A stretch of 64,000 nt of DNA from Deltaproteobacteria bacterium (GTDB taxonomy: Bacteria > Myxococcota > Kuafuiibacteriia > Kuafuiibacteriales > Kuafuiibacteriaceae): contig JAVJQW010000048.1 of NCBI GenBank assembly GCA_040218735.1, positions 64,001-128,000 of the forward strand, read 5' to 3'. Under the pieces are notes generated by a model. It was not told where the DNA came from, did no database searches, and saw only the letters and a program-made list of their open reading frames with translations. The position numbers and the translations under genes were made by a program. This document shows positions 1 to 11,828 of the stretch, piece by piece (the first letter of the stretch is position 1; the number at the start of each line of letters is the position of its first letter).

Positions 1-233
1 CTCCTCCGCCGAGAAGTGTCCCTCGTAGGTGAGTGCCGCGCGCGCGATGGCCTCGCGAACCGTGGAGTTTCGGAGACCCCGTTCGCGGATCACGGACCGG
101 AGTCGATCCAGCGCGCGTTGCACTCCAACGTCGTCCAGCGCCGGCGGAGGTGGAGCCTCCCGAACCATCCGCCGAACTCTACTCTCCCGACCTTCTCCGA
201 GCGAGGACACGGTGTTTGTTCGCGAGGTTGCGA

Positions 234-2513
234 ATGACTTGCATTATCGCCGGAGCGCTCGCCGTGCTCGCGCTGACGCCGTGCGTCGCGACGAGCAGCG
301 TCGCGACGAGCGGCGTCGCGACGAGCGGCGTCGCGACGAGCAGCGTCGCGACGAGCGGCGTCGCGACGAGCAGCGTCGCGACGCGCCGAGGCGCGTCTCC
401 CGTCCGGACCGCTTCCGTGGCGGACAGCGCGTTCGTCCACGACGTGGCCGCGCTGCCCCTCGATTCGACCTCGACGGTGGCGACGGAGCTCGAGGACATC
501 GTGGTGACGGCTCGGAGGAGCCGCAGCCGCCGCCTCGAGTTGAGCTCCGAGTCCGTGGACGTCGTGTCGGTCGTCGACGCGGCGAAGACGGAGTTCGACC
601 TCGGCGAGATCCTCACCCGCCGCTCCGCGGTGCACGTCCAGCGCAGCGGCAACCTCGGTGGCGGGACCGAGCTGTCCCTCGCGGGGCTCGGCGGTGAGCA
701 GGTCCGCTTGGCGATCGACGGCGTCCCCTTCGAGTGGTCTCCGTTCGGCTTTGGCCTCGCCAACATGCCGCCGAGCCTGGTGCGTCGCGTCGAGGTCTTC
801 AACGGCGTGGTGCCGATCCGCTTCGGTACGGATGCGCTCGCGGGCGCGCTCAACGTCGTCACGGATCGCGAAGTCCCGCGGACCGGCGCCGCCGTCTCGC
901 TCATGGCCGGTTCCTTCGACACGTTTCGTGGGTCGGCGACCGTCGAATGGTCGAGTGACGACGACTGGTACGCGCGCGCCGCGGCGTTCGTCGATCGATC
1001 GGAGAACGACTACGTCGTGACGGCCGATGTCTGGGATGCACAGGGGCGCCTCTCGCCGCGACCCGTTCACCGGAACAACGATGGGTTCTTGGGATACGGG
1101 TCGATGGTCGACGTCGGCGTCGTCGATCGCCCGTGGGCGGACCGCCTCGTCCTCCGCGGGTATTACAGCGCATTCCACAAAGAGCTCCCGCACAACGTCG
1201 TCATGACTCGCCCGTACGGCGAAGTGACTTTCGACAAGGTGGGTTACGGTGGCGCGCTACGGTACGCCAAGGCGTTCGAAGAGATCTCGGCGAACGTCGT
1301 CGCCGGATATCATCATCGCGCGGGCGAGCTCCTCGACGTCGCGACGTGCCTGTACGACTGGTTCGGCAACTGCGCCAGTGAGACCACCCCCGGCGAAATC
1401 GGCGATCGGGCCCGGCAGCTCGAGACGCGCTACGACACGTTCTACCTCCGCGGTCAGAGCACGTGGGCGTTTGCGCAGGACCACAGCCTCGAGCTCTCCA
1501 CGGCGCTCGCCCGCGACGAGCGAACCGGGCGCGACGTCTACCTGGAGGGTGCGGACATGGTGGATCCGCTCGCGGTCCCGCTGGGGGTCACGTCGCTGTT
1601 CGCCGGCGGCGCTTATCAGGTCGACTTCTTCGGCGGAGCCCTCGAAAACGTCTTCTTCGTGAAGGGCTACGCGCAGTGGGCGGGCCTCGGCGAAGCGTCC
1701 GCGTCGGCCGGCAATACCTCACGCGGGCAGAGCCTGTTGCGTGGAGGGTTCGGAGACACGGTTCGTCTCCGCCTCGCGCGGCACTCGAGGGTGAAGGCGG
1801 GCTACGAACGAACCGCGAGAATTCCGAGACCGGAAGAGTATTTCGGGGACGGCGTACTCATCGTGGAGAACACGGAGCTACTCCCGGAGACGAGCCACAA
1901 CCTGAACGTCGCGCTCGAGTTCGAGGGGCTCATGACCCCCGCTGGGATTTTCTCGGTGAGTGTGCTCGGGCTCGTTCGTGAAGCCGACGATCTCATCGCG
2001 TTCTTTCCCGACGATCAGAGCTACCGCTACGAGAACATCGCAGACGTTCGTGCCTTCGGCGCACAGCTCGACGCGAGCTGGCTGGCCCCGTTTCCCTGGT
2101 TCCAGCTGTTCGCGAACCTCGGGTGGACCAATCTCCGCAACCGGTCCTCGGAGGGCCGATTTGCATCGTTCGAGGGGGACCGCCTCCCGAATCGCCCCTA
2201 CCTGAGAGCGACGGGGCGCGCTCGAACCACGCTGTCCGCGGTCTTCGATGACGACGATACGCTCATCCTCGAGTGGACGTCGCGGTGGGTCCACGCGTTC
2301 TTCCGCTCGTGGGAGAGCGTCGGGGTTTCGAAGCAGGAGGTGCCCACCCAGCTCGTTCACTCCGCCGCGCTCTCCTACCGCGTGTCGACGGAGACACGCG
2401 CGGTGAGTTTGTCGCTCTCCGTACAGAACCTCACTGACGCCGACGTCTTCGATGTTGTGGGTGTCCAGCGTCCGGGGCGGTCGTTCTTCGCGACCGTCGT
2501 CGGTGAGCTCTGA
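234..2513 (+). CDS. TonB-dependent receptor (myxobacterial siderophore-receptor-like)
   Basis: Signal peptide from ATG 234 (the ORF is open from 33). TonB box-like 'LEDIVVTA', plug motifs 'IDGVP' and 'RVEVFNGVVPIRFGTDALAGALNVVT', C-terminal 'QNLTD...PGRSFF'. A PepSY gene follows. Confidence 0.9.
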   Translation: MTCIIAGALAVLALTPCVATSSVATSGVATSGVATSSVATSGVATSSVATRRGASPVRTASVADSAFVHDVAALPLDSTSTVATELEDIVVTARRSRSRRLELSSESVDVVSVVDAAKTEFDLGEILTRRSAVHVQRSGNLGGGTELSLAGLGGEQVRLAIDGVPFEWSPFGFGLANMPPSLVRRVEVFNGVVPIRFGTDALAGALNVVTDREVPRTGAAVSLMAGSFDTFRGSATVEWSSDDDWYARAAAFVDRSENDYVVTADVWDAQGRLSPRPVHRNNDGFLGYGSMVDVGVVDRPWADRLVLRGYYSAFHKELPHNVVMTRPYGEVTFDKVGYGGALRYAKAFEEISANVVAGYHHRAGELLDVATCLYDWFGNCASETTPGEIGDRARQLETRYDTFYLRGQSTWAFAQDHSLELSTALARDERTGRDVYLEGADMVDPLAVPLGVTSLFAGGAYQVDFFGGALENVFFVKGYAQWAGLGEASASAGNTSRGQSLLRGGFGDTVRLRLARHSRVKAGYERTARIPRPEEYFGDGVLIVENTELLPETSHNLNVALEFEGLMTPAGIFSVSVLGLVREADDLIAFFPDDQSYRYENIADVRAFGAQLDASWLAPFPWFQLFANLGWTNLRNRSSEGRFASFEGDRLPNRPYLRATGRARTTLSAVFDDDDTLILEWTSRWVHAFFRSWESVGVSKQEVPTQLVHSAALSYRVSTETRAVSLSLSVQNLTDADVFDVVGVQRPGRSFFATVVGEL
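285..383 (+). repeat. 15-bp tandem repeat GTCGCGACGAGC(A/G)GC, 6 full copies plus a partial, encoding (VATS[S/G])n
   Basis: Read directly: units start at 285, 300, 315, 330, 345, 360, with a partial at 375. Confidence 0.95.
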
Positions 2514-2540
2514 GATGGCCCGTAAGAAGGAAACTGAGTC

Positions 2541-3509
2541 ATGAGTTGGACCAAGCGCCCATCGGCCATGAAGATCGTCCGAAGAACTCACCTGTACCTG
2601 GGGCTCGTCGTGTTCCCCTGGGCCATGTTCTTCGGGTTGAGCGGAATTCTGTTCAATCACCCCAACGCGGGCGAAGACATGAAGAAGCGCTTCGTCCCCC
2701 CCGCCGAGGTGGAGCGACTCAGCGGACTCACACCGGCCGACCCGAGCGCGCTGGCGGCGACCGTCGTCGAACGACTCGGCGCGAAGGGGCACTCGCTGCA
2801 GCTCGACGCCGCCCACGAACCCGGCTTCGTGGGGTGGTCGCTGTTCCAAGCGGCGGCTCCCGAAGGCCGGCACGTCGTGATCCTCGATCTCGAAGCGGGC
2901 AACGCACGTATCGGGACACGAACCGCCGTCGACGGCCCGGAGCTCGCGTCGTTCTCGGGGGCGCGCGTCGTCGTCCCGGGGCGGATGACGACCGACGTGA
3001 AGGCGCACGTCGAACGCCTCCTGCCCGCGCTCGAGATCGTCACCGAGGGGCCGCTGGTCACGAACCTGAAGGCGGGGCCCGAGCTCAGGTTCAGGGTGAA
3101 GGACGCGCAGTCGCGCTCGTGGAACGTCATCTACAACCTGGGCACCGAACAGATCGAAGCGCGCGCCGTCGACAGCGAGCCCGTGCTCGGCTTCAACGAA
3201 ACCCTCGCTCGAATGCACAAGACTCACCACTTCCCGGTGGAGATGGGACCGACGTTCCTCTGGGCCATCTTCGCCGACCTCACGGGGCTGACGATGATCC
3301 TGTGGGCCCTCACCGGAATGTTGATGTGGTGGCAGATGAAGAAGACCCGAAAGATCGGCGCGGTGTTCGTGGTCTTCGGGCTGTTCGTCGCGGGCGCCGT
3401 CTTCGCCGGCGTCATCGATCACCTGACCTTCGGTGACGTGAAGAAACCCTCCGGGCCGGGCCCCGAGCCGCCTCACTTCGAGAGCAAGACGAGCACCGTC
3501 AGTCCGTAG
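2541..3509 (+). CDS. PepSY-associated TM helix domain protein
   Basis: 'RRTHLYLGL...SGILFNH' and 'MHKTHH...LTGMLMWW' motifs; AAGGA Shine-Dalgarno; directly downstream of the TBDR. Confidence 0.8.
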   Translation: MSWTKRPSAMKIVRRTHLYLGLVVFPWAMFFGLSGILFNHPNAGEDMKKRFVPPAEVERLSGLTPADPSALAATVVERLGAKGHSLQLDAAHEPGFVGWSLFQAAAPEGRHVVILDLEAGNARIGTRTAVDGPELASFSGARVVVPGRMTTDVKAHVERLLPALEIVTEGPLVTNLKAGPELRFRVKDAQSRSWNVIYNLGTEQIEARAVDSEPVLGFNETLARMHKTHHFPVEMGPTFLWAIFADLTGLTMILWALTGMLMWWQMKKTRKIGAVFVVFGLFVAGAVFAGVIDHLTFGDVKKPSGPGPEPPHFESKTSTVSP

Positions 3510-4143
3510 GCGCCGACAGCGCCGCCCAGAAGAACTTCAGCGACAGCGCGTTGGTCTTCTCCAGGACCTCGCCGTCGATCTCTCCGTTCGCCTCGAGGAG
3601 CGCCTGCTCGGCGAAGGTTCGGTGGAGGCCCTGGAGGATGCGGGCGGCGGTCGCCGGGCTGTGCCCGCAACGTTCCTTCGCGGTCGTGTTTCGTTCGAAC
3701 CAGTCCGCGAACGCGGTCGAAACACACCCCAGGCGTTGAAGGCGCCCCGGTGCGTCTTCGCCTGGGAGGACGGTCGCCCCGCTGAACACGAGCACGAGCG
3801 CCTCGCGGTACTCGATCGACAGACGATTCAGGCGGTGGGTGAGCACCGCGAGTTTGGCCTCGCCGACGAGCCCGGCGGGGAGCGGCTCCTCGAGCGTCTC
3901 GACGACGCGATCCATGAGCTCCGACCCGAGCGCCTCGAAGATCTCCTCCTTCCTGGAGAAGTACGTGTACAGCGAGGACGCCGTGAACCCGGCCTCCTTC
4001 GCGATCGCGCGCATGTTGGTCGCGAGGTAGCCGTCTCGGGACACGACGCGCGCGGCGCACAGCATGATCTCGCGCCGCGTGCGCTCGAGCTGCTCCTCGC
4101 GCCGTCGGCTTCCTCGGTCTTCGTCTCGAACGGTCTTCGGCAT
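3499..4143 (-). CDS. TetR/AcrR family transcriptional regulator
   Basis: HTH 'TRREIMLCAARVVSRDGYLATNMRAIAKEAGFTASSLYTYFSRKEEIF'; divergent from the efflux operon. Confidence 0.92.
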   Translation of the reverse strand: MPKTVRDEDRGSRRREEQLERTRREIMLCAARVVSRDGYLATNMRAIAKEAGFTASSLYTYFSRKEEIFEALGSELMDRVVETLEEPLPAGLVGEAKLAVLTHRLNRLSIEYREALVLVFSGATVLPGEDAPGRLQRLGCVSTAFADWFERNTTAKERCGHSPATAARILQGLHRTFAEQALLEANGEIDGEVLEKTNALSLKFFWAALSAPTD

Positions 4144-4219
4144 CGCCGGCCTTCTCTTGTCGTGCCTCGATAAGACGCGTGCGTCCATGAGGGATTGTCG
4201 AACTTCAGATTAACATCCC

Positions 4220-4253
4220 GAACAGGAATACTGTTCCCCGAACAGCCGTTCGG
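4220..4253. promoter_or_regulatory. Two adjacent palindromes, putative TetR operators
   Basis: GAACAG-GAATA-CTGTTC (4220-4236) and CCGAAC-AGCC-GTTCGG (4238-4253) in the tetR/tolC intergenic region. Confidence 0.6.
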
Positions 4254-4275
4254 AGAAGCGATCCGAGATACGACC

Positions 4276-5595
4276 ATGTTCCTCACTGCATCCTTACCCT
4301 TACTCACCGCCCTCACGGCGGCGGGCCCCGACCCGTCGCCGCCCCCCCTCGACTACCCCACGCTCCTCGAGCGCGTGCCCGAAACCAGCCCGGAGCTCCG
4401 AAAGGCGCGCGCGCGAATCGCCGCCGCCGAGGGTGAGCTGTCGCGCGTCTTCTCCGCTTGGAAGCCCAACCTGTCCGTGAGCGGACAGGTCGCCTACAAC
4501 ACCCAGCTCATCGAGCTCGACTTCGGCGGCATCCTCGGCGGCATCGTCACCGCCGTCGGCGGCGACCCGTCCACCCTCGACCTCCCCCCCGCCACCGTCA
4601 TCCAGCCGCACTGGACCGTCGCAGGGGTCGCCACCCTCCGACAGCTCTTGTTCGACCCGTCCGCTTGGTTCGGGCCGGGCATCGCGCGGGCCAGCGTCGA
4701 CGCCCAACGCGCGGGCGCCGACGCCGCGACCGACGAGCTCCTCTTCGCCGCCGCTCAGCTCTACGCGGGGTTGCAGGCGGTCGACGCCTTGGAGGGGGCC
4801 GCAGAGCGCGCCGTCCGAGTGGCCGACGCGCGCATCGAACAGGCCGAGGTCCGCGTCGAGAGCGGCCTCGCCACGCCGCTCGACGCGATCCGCGCCCGTA
4901 CACGAAAGACGGAAGCCAACAGCGAGCTCGCCCGAATCGTCGCCCAGCGCCGAGCGCTGCAAGCCGACTTGCAGACGATCCTCGGCACCGACCACCCGGT
5001 GCGCGTCGTCAGCGCCCCGCTCCCCGAGGACCTCGGTGAGCCCGGCTCGGGCGTGGGCGATCGGCGCGACGTCATCGCGCAGGAAGCCGCCGTCGAAGCG
5101 GCGGAGAAGAATGCGGGCCGCACCAAGTGGCTGTGGCTCCCGAGCCTCTTCTTCGAGGCTCAGGGCACCGCCACCAATGTCGCAGGCTTCGGCGGCAACC
5201 ACTACTTCGGCGTCGCCAGCATCGGTCTGTCGCTCCCGCTCTACGACGGCGGCCTCCGCTATGCCGAGCGCGACGTCGCCGAAGCGAACCTCGCGCAGGC
5301 GCAGGCGTCGCTCGATGCCACCCGCTCGCGCGGGCTCGCGTTGATGGAGAAAGCCCGCGCCCAGCTCGACGAAGCACGCGCCCGCGCCGAGCTCGCCGAA
5401 GCGCAGCTCGACCTCGCGGAGCGCGCGGTCGCGCAGGTCGAAGATCTGAGGAACAACGGGCTCGCGACGAGCCTCGATCTCGACGACGCGGACCTACGGC
5501 GATTCGGCGCCGACCGCCAGCTCGCGGAGCGACGCCTCGACGTCGCGCTGTCCCGCCTCCGACTCCACTACGCCCAGGGAGGGCGCCTGAAATGA
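4276..5595 (+). CDS. TolC family outer-membrane efflux protein
   Basis: Signal peptide, two OEP repeats ('WKPNLSVSG', 'LPLYDGG', 'GLATPLD'); first gene of the RND operon. Confidence 0.9.
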   Translation: MFLTASLPLLTALTAAGPDPSPPPLDYPTLLERVPETSPELRKARARIAAAEGELSRVFSAWKPNLSVSGQVAYNTQLIELDFGGILGGIVTAVGGDPSTLDLPPATVIQPHWTVAGVATLRQLLFDPSAWFGPGIARASVDAQRAGADAATDELLFAAAQLYAGLQAVDALEGAAERAVRVADARIEQAEVRVESGLATPLDAIRARTRKTEANSELARIVAQRRALQADLQTILGTDHPVRVVSAPLPEDLGEPGSGVGDRRDVIAQEAAVEAAEKNAGRTKWLWLPSLFFEAQGTATNVAGFGGNHYFGVASIGLSLPLYDGGLRYAERDVAEANLAQAQASLDATRSRGLALMEKARAQLDEARARAELAEAQLDLAERAVAQVEDLRNNGLATSLDLDDADLRRFGADRQLAERRLDVALSRLRLHYAQGGRLK

Positions 5596-6488
5596 ACACC
5601 TCGAACAACGCTCGCCACCTCATCGTTCTCTCGCTGTCGCTCGCAGTGGTCGCCTGCTCACCGGCCGCCGCGAACGACACCAAACCGAAGCTCCCGCCGC
5701 GCCCGCAGAAGGTCGCCACCCCGCTGCCCGCGCGGCTCTCCGACGCGCCCGGTGACAGTACGGCGCCACGGCGCCTCGCCCTGACCGGACAGACCCGCGC
5801 TTCGCGGGAGAGCGCCGTCGCCACCACCACCTCCGGACTCGTGGACCGCGTGTTATTTCGCGCCGGTGACTTCGTGAAAGCCGGGCAGGTCCTGGTGCGG
5901 ATCGATCCGCGGACCGCGAGCCTCGCGGTCGCTCAGGCCGAGGCGGCGCTCGAGACGGCCAAGACGCAGGCGGCGGGCGCGCTCCGCGAACGGAAGCGCC
6001 TCGAACAGGTCGGTCCGCGGGGCGCCGTGCCGCAGGTCGACGTCGATCGCGCGACGACGGCGTCGCAGGCCGCCGCCGCTCAGGTGGCGCAGGCGGAGGC
6101 GGCGCTCGCGATGGCCAAGAAGAACCTCTCCGACACCGTCATCCGCGCGCCCTTCGCCGGCTTGGTGCTGTCGCGCAACGTCGATGAAGGTGAGTGGCTC
6201 AACACGATGAGCAACGGCGTCGTCGCGCGAATCGCCGACGTCGACCCGCTGGAGATCGCGCTGCAGGCCCCGGAGCACCGGCTCACGGATCTTGCGGACG
6301 GCGACACGATGCAGGTCCGGTTCACCGCGACCGGGCAGTCCGTCGACGCGAAGGTGAGCCGGATCGTCCGTGCGATCGACCCCCGCACCCGGAGCTTCGA
6401 GGTGGTGTTGAGTGTGCCCAACCCCGAGCGTGCGTACGCGCCCGGGTTGTTCGCCGAGGCGAGCCTCCTCGAGGGAGCCAAGCTGTGA
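5592..6488 (+). CDS. Efflux RND transporter periplasmic adaptor subunit
   Basis: Lipobox 'AVVAC', 'GDFVKAGQVLVRID', 'IRAPFAG', 'IDPRTRSF'; ATGA overlap with tolC. Confidence 0.92.
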   Translation: MNTSNNARHLIVLSLSLAVVACSPAAANDTKPKLPPRPQKVATPLPARLSDAPGDSTAPRRLALTGQTRASRESAVATTTSGLVDRVLFRAGDFVKAGQVLVRIDPRTASLAVAQAEAALETAKTQAAGALRERKRLEQVGPRGAVPQVDVDRATTASQAAAAQVAQAEAALAMAKKNLSDTVIRAPFAGLVLSRNVDEGEWLNTMSNGVVARIADVDPLEIALQAPEHRLTDLADGDTMQVRFTATGQSVDAKVSRIVRAIDPRTRSFEVVLSVPNPERAYAPGLFAEASLLEGAKL

Positions 6489-9400
6489 AGATCTCGAACG
6501 TCAGCATCGACCGACCCGTCTTCGCGGCGGCGGTCAACCTCGTGCTCGTGCTGTTCGGCGCGGTCATGTACTCCGGCATCGGCGTCGATCTCTTCCCGCA
6601 GGTCGACGTGCCCGTCGTGACCGTGACCGCCGTGTACCCGGGCGCCGATCCCGCCGCGGTGGAGACCAAGGTCGTCGACAAACTCGAGGAAGAGCTCAAC
6701 ACGCTCAGCGGCATCGACGAGCTTCGGTCGATCAGCCTGGAGAACGTCGGCCAGGTGATCATCCGGTTCGACCTCGAACGCGACGCCAACGTCGCGGCGC
6801 AGGAGGTCCGCGACAAGGTCGCGAAGGTGCTCGCGGACCTCCCGACCGACGTCGATCCCCCGGTCGTCGAGAAGTTCGACATCGGCGCCGCGCCGATCCT
6901 CTCCATCGCGCTCGCCGGCAAGGCGCCGCTGCGTGAGGTGAGTCTCGTGGCCGACGAGGTCGTGAAGTCGCGCCTCGAACGCCTCGACGGCGTGGGCTCC
7001 GTCGAGCTCGTTGGCCGGCGCGAACGCGAAATCCACGTCTGGGTGGATCGTGATCGACTCGGCGCCTACGGCTTGGCGGTCACCGACGTCGCGCAGGCGC
7101 TCGCCGCTCAGAACCTCGAAATCCCCGGGGGCCGCATCGAGGTCGGCGTCGAGGAGCTGATGGTGAAGACGCAGGGCGAGGTCGGTTCGGCCGAGGAGAT
7201 CGGTGACATCGTGATCGCCAGCCTCGGGGGTGCGCCCATCCGAATCTCGGACGTCGCCGAGGTCGAGGACGGTGAGGAGGAGGCGCGCAGCGCTTCGACG
7301 CTCGACGGCGTCTCCGCGGTCGCGCTCGTCATCCAGAAGCAGTCCGACGCCAACACCGTCGCCGTCGCGAAGGCCGTGAAGGCGGAGCTCGCCGCGCTCG
7401 CCGACGACCTCCCCGAAGGCATGGCGATCACGCTGCCGTCGGACAACAGCCGTTTCATCGAGGCGTCGATCAACGACGTGCAGTTCGACCTCCTCCTCGG
7501 CGGAATCCTGACGGTGCTGATCGTGTTCGTGTTCCTCCGCGACCTGCGCGCGACGCTGATCGCGGCGGTCGCGCTCCCCACCTCCGTGCTCGCGACGTTT
7601 GCGTTCATCGGAGTCATGGGCTTCACGTTCAACAACCTCACGATGCTCGCGCTGACGTTGTCGATCGGTATCCTGATCGACGACGCGATCGTCGTCATCG
7701 AGAACATCCACCGCCACCTCGAGATGGGGAAGGGACCGATTCAGGCGGCGCGAGACGCGACGAGTGAGATCGGACTGGCGGTCATGGCGATCACGGCGTC
7801 GATCATCGCGGTGTTCATCCCCGTGGCCCTGATGGAGGGCATCATCGGTCGCTTCTTCTTCCAGTTCGGACTGACGGTGAGCTTCGCGGTCGCGGTGTCG
7901 CTGCTCGTGTCCTTCACGCTGACGCCGATGCTGTCGTCACGTTTCCTCGCCAGTCACCAGACCTCCGGACGATTCTCGAAGGCGGTGGAGCGGGTGCTCC
8001 TCGCGATCGAACGCGCGTACCGACGGCTGCTCGACTTTGCGCTCGGACATCGCGTCGTGACGCTCGGGGTCGCGGCCCTCGCGTTCGTCGGTGCGATCGC
8101 TCTGCTGAAGTTCGTGCCCGTCGAGTTTCTCCCGCCCGAGGACAACGGCGAGCTCGACGTGAAGTTCGAGCTCCCCTCCGGTCGAACGCTCCAGGAGACA
8201 AAAGCCTTCGCGGGCATGCTCGAGGAGCGCCTCGCGCAGCTCCCGGCGGTCACGTCGTTGTTCACGACGATCGGCTCCGGCGCCGAGGGCCAGGTCAACA
8301 GCGGGCAGATCCACGTCAGCCTCGTCGAAAAGTACGACCGGCGGTTCACGACGCAGGAGGCGATCGACCACGTACGCGCGCTCGTCGGCGAGCACCCCCC
8401 GGCGCGCATCTCGGTGGAGCGCGTCGCAGCGATCCAGGGGAGCGGCAACCGCGCGCAGCTCATTCAGTACAACCTCCGCGGGCAGGACTTCGACGTCGTG
8501 CGCGACTCGGCGGACGCGTTGGTACAGCGCCTCCAGGCCACGCCCGGCTTCGTGGACGTCGACACCACGTACCGCGGCGGTAAGCCGGAGGTTCGCGTCC
8601 GGATCGACCGCGCGCGCGCCGCCGAGCTCGGCGTTCCGGTGGCCGTCGTCGCCCAGTCGCTCCGCGCGTTGATCGCCGGCGACAAGATCACCGACATCCC
8701 GGATGGCATGGACCGCATCGACGTTCGTCTGCGCCTGACCAGCGCGGAGCGCCGTTCATTGGAGGATCTCGCACGCATCAAGGTGCGTTCGACCTCGGGG
8801 GCGCTGGTGGAGCTGTCGAACCTCGTCGAGATCGAGCGCTCGGTGGGCCCCGCGCGCATCGAACGCCAGGATCGGCAACGACAGATCACGATCGTCGCGA
8901 ACCTCGAGGGCAAGACACTCGGCGAAGGCATGGACGACGTGCGCAAGATCGCCGGCGAGGTCGTCCCCGCCAGCATCGCGCAGGACTGGGCCGGCACCGC
9001 ACAGACCAGCGGCGACGCCTTCGGCGCGATGCTACGGGCGCTGATCCTCGCGGTGGGGTTGATCTACCTGTTGCTCGGCTCGCAGTTCGACAGCGTCGTG
9101 CACCCGTTCACGATCATGTTGTCGCTCCCGCTCTCGTTTGTCGGAGCCTTCGGCGCGCTGTTCCTCGTGGACGCGACGCTGAACATCTTCAGCATGATCG
9201 GACTCATCATGTTGATGGGCCTCGTCACGAAGAACGCGGTGCTCCTGATCGACTACACGGCGACGCTCCGCAAGACGAAGGGCCTCGACATCCGCACGGC
9301 GCTCCTCGACGCGGGGCAAGTTCGGTTGCGACCGATCCTCATGACGAGCTTCGCGATGATCTTCGGCATGATCCCCGTCGCGCTGGGCAACTCCCTCGGC

Positions 9401-9577
9401 GGCGAGACCCGCGCGCCGATGGCCATCGCGGTGATCGGCGGTCTGATCAGCTCGACGTTCCTGACGCTCGTCGTCGTCCCGGTCGTCTACACGTTGCTCG
9501 ATCGGCTGACGCTCGCATCCCGCGCCGAGCGCAAGAAACCTCGCGCCGCATCCGCGGAGCTCCTCGTCGCGAAGTGA
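6485..9577 (+). CDS. Efflux RND transporter permease (AcrB/HAE1 family)
   Basis: GTG start overlaps the MFP stop; 'SIDRPVFA', '[11 protein letters not shown]', 'TKNAVLL', 'RLRPILMT'. Confidence 0.95.
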   Translation: MKISNVSIDRPVFAAAVNLVLVLFGAVMYSGIGVDLFPQVDVPVVTVTAVYPGADPAAVETKVVDKLEEELNTLSGIDELRSISLENVGQVIIRFDLERDANVAAQEVRDKVAKVLADLPTDVDPPVVEKFDIGAAPILSIALAGKAPLREVSLVADEVVKSRLERLDGVGSVELVGRREREIHVWVDRDRLGAYGLAVTDVAQALAAQNLEIPGGRIEVGVEELMVKTQGEVGSAEEIGDIVIASLGGAPIRISDVAEVEDGEEEARSASTLDGVSAVALVIQKQSDANTVAVAKAVKAELAALADDLPEGMAITLPSDNSRFIEASINDVQFDLLLGGILTVLIVFVFLRDLRATLIAAVALPTSVLATFAFIGVMGFTFNNLTMLALTLSIGILIDDAIVVIENIHRHLEMGKGPIQAARDATSEIGLAVMAITASIIAVFIPVALMEGIIGRFFFQFGLTVSFAVAVSLLVSFTLTPMLSSRFLASHQTSGRFSKAVERVLLAIERAYRRLLDFALGHRVVTLGVAALAFVGAIALLKFVPVEFLPPEDNGELDVKFELPSGRTLQETKAFAGMLEERLAQLPAVTSLFTTIGSGAEGQVNSGQIHVSLVEKYDRRFTTQEAIDHVRALVGEHPPARISVERVAAIQGSGNRAQLIQYNLRGQDFDVVRDSADALVQRLQATPGFVDVDTTYRGGKPEVRVRIDRARAAELGVPVAVVAQSLRALIAGDKITDIPDGMDRIDVRLRLTSAERRSLEDLARIKVRSTSGALVELSNLVEIERSVGPARIERQDRQRQITIVANLEGKTLGEGMDDVRKIAGEVVPASIAQDWAGTAQTSGDAFGAMLRALILAVGLIYLLLGSQFDSVVHPFTIMLSLPLSFVGAFGALFLVDATLNIFSMIGLIMLMGLVTKNAVLLIDYTATLRKTKGLDIRTALLDAGQVRLRPILMTSFAMIFGMIPVALGNSLGGETRAPMAIAVIGGLISSTFLTLVVVPVVYTLLDRLTLASRAERKKPRAASAELLVAK

Positions 9578-9581
9578 CGCC

Positions 9582-10223
9582 TCACAGCCCGGCGATCTGT
9601 TCGACGCGCTCGAACACTTCGTCGGGCCCCAGCGGATCGATCACCTCGGCCGAGAACGGCCCCCACCGCACCGCCACCGACCACATCCGCGCGGCCTTCG
9701 CCGCCTTCACGTCCACCGGCGCATCCCCCACGTACGCGGTGCGCCCCGCCGCCACGCCCAGCCGCTCCGCCGCGAGCAACAGCGGGTCGGCGTTGGGCTT
9801 CCCCTTCGCGCAGTCGTCGGCCCCGATCCGAACGGGGAAGAATCGGTCCAGCCCGGTAAACGCCACGGTCCGCTCGATCCCGACGCGCGACTTCCCGCTC
9901 ACCAACCCGAGCCGCACCCCCTTCGCCGCCACCGCCTCCAGCGCCGCAACCACCCCATCGAACACCCGCGTCCGCGCATCGTGGTGCTCGACGTAGTGCT
10001 CCCGATAAGTCGCCACCACGTCCTCCACCGCCACCCCGAACCGTTCCGCGTAAGGCGCCAACACGTCCACCAGCGGCTCCCCGATCCGCGCCAACCAAAC
10101 CCCGTCGTCCACCTCGGCCCCGTACTGTCCCACCGTGAACCGAAACGACTCCAAGATCAGCGCAACGCTATCCACGAGCGTCCCGTCCAAATCAAAGAGC
10201 ACCGCATCCAACCGAGGCCGCAT
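9582..10223 (-). CDS. HAD-IA family hydrolase (PpaX/phosphoglycolate phosphatase-like)
   Basis: 'FDLDGTLVDS', 'KPNADP', 'YVGDAPVD'; start at 10223 or 10235. Confidence 0.88.
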   Translation of the reverse strand: MRPRLDAVLFDLDGTLVDSVALILESFRFTVGQYGAEVDDGVWLARIGEPLVDVLAPYAERFGVAVEDVVATYREHYVEHHDARTRVFDGVVAALEAVAAKGVRLGLVSGKSRVGIERTVAFTGLDRFFPVRIGADDCAKGKPNADPLLLAAERLGVAAGRTAYVGDAPVDVKAAKAARMWSVAVRWGPFSAEVIDPLGPDEVFERVEQIAGL

Positions 10224-10279
10224 CCCGGTCGTCATAGCACCCCGAGCACCACCTTCACTCCGTTCTCCTCCACCCCGCA

Positions 10280-10515
10280 CCTGGGCACCCCGGGTCCCAC
10301 CCACCTGCCGAAGGGGGTCTCACCGAAAGAGGCACGGCGACAGCGAAGCCAAGGGCGGGGGTGCGGTCGGACCCCTTCGGAGCGTTTCAGTCGGACTCGC
10401 CGGCCGCCCAACCGTCCATTCCGAGATCCTGCGTAGGCCCGGCGCAGCCGACGGCCTAGTGGAGAAGGGGTCCGGCCGCGCCCACGCCCGAAGCGAAGCG
10501 GGCCCCTGGGCACCC
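10280..10515. repeat. Intergenic long imperfect inverted repeat flanked by an 11-bp direct repeat (MITE/REP-like or structured RNA)
   Basis: Arms 10353-10378 and 10464-10489 pair at 23/26 positions, plus two G-U pairs. Inner stem ~10390-10406 / 10436-10452. CCTGGGCACCC at 10280-10290 and 10505-10515. Confidence 0.55.
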
Positions 10516-10565
10516 ACGAACGCATCACTTGCCTCCCCACCCACCCCGTAGGAAGGTCCCCGCCC

Positions 10566-11827
<1,262 letters not shown>

Positions 11828-11828
<1 letters not shown>

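Noticed and set aside
285-383. Tandem repeat as a possible CRISPR array
   Set aside because: The units are contiguous 15-mers with no spacers, in frame within a CDS, and no cas genes are present.
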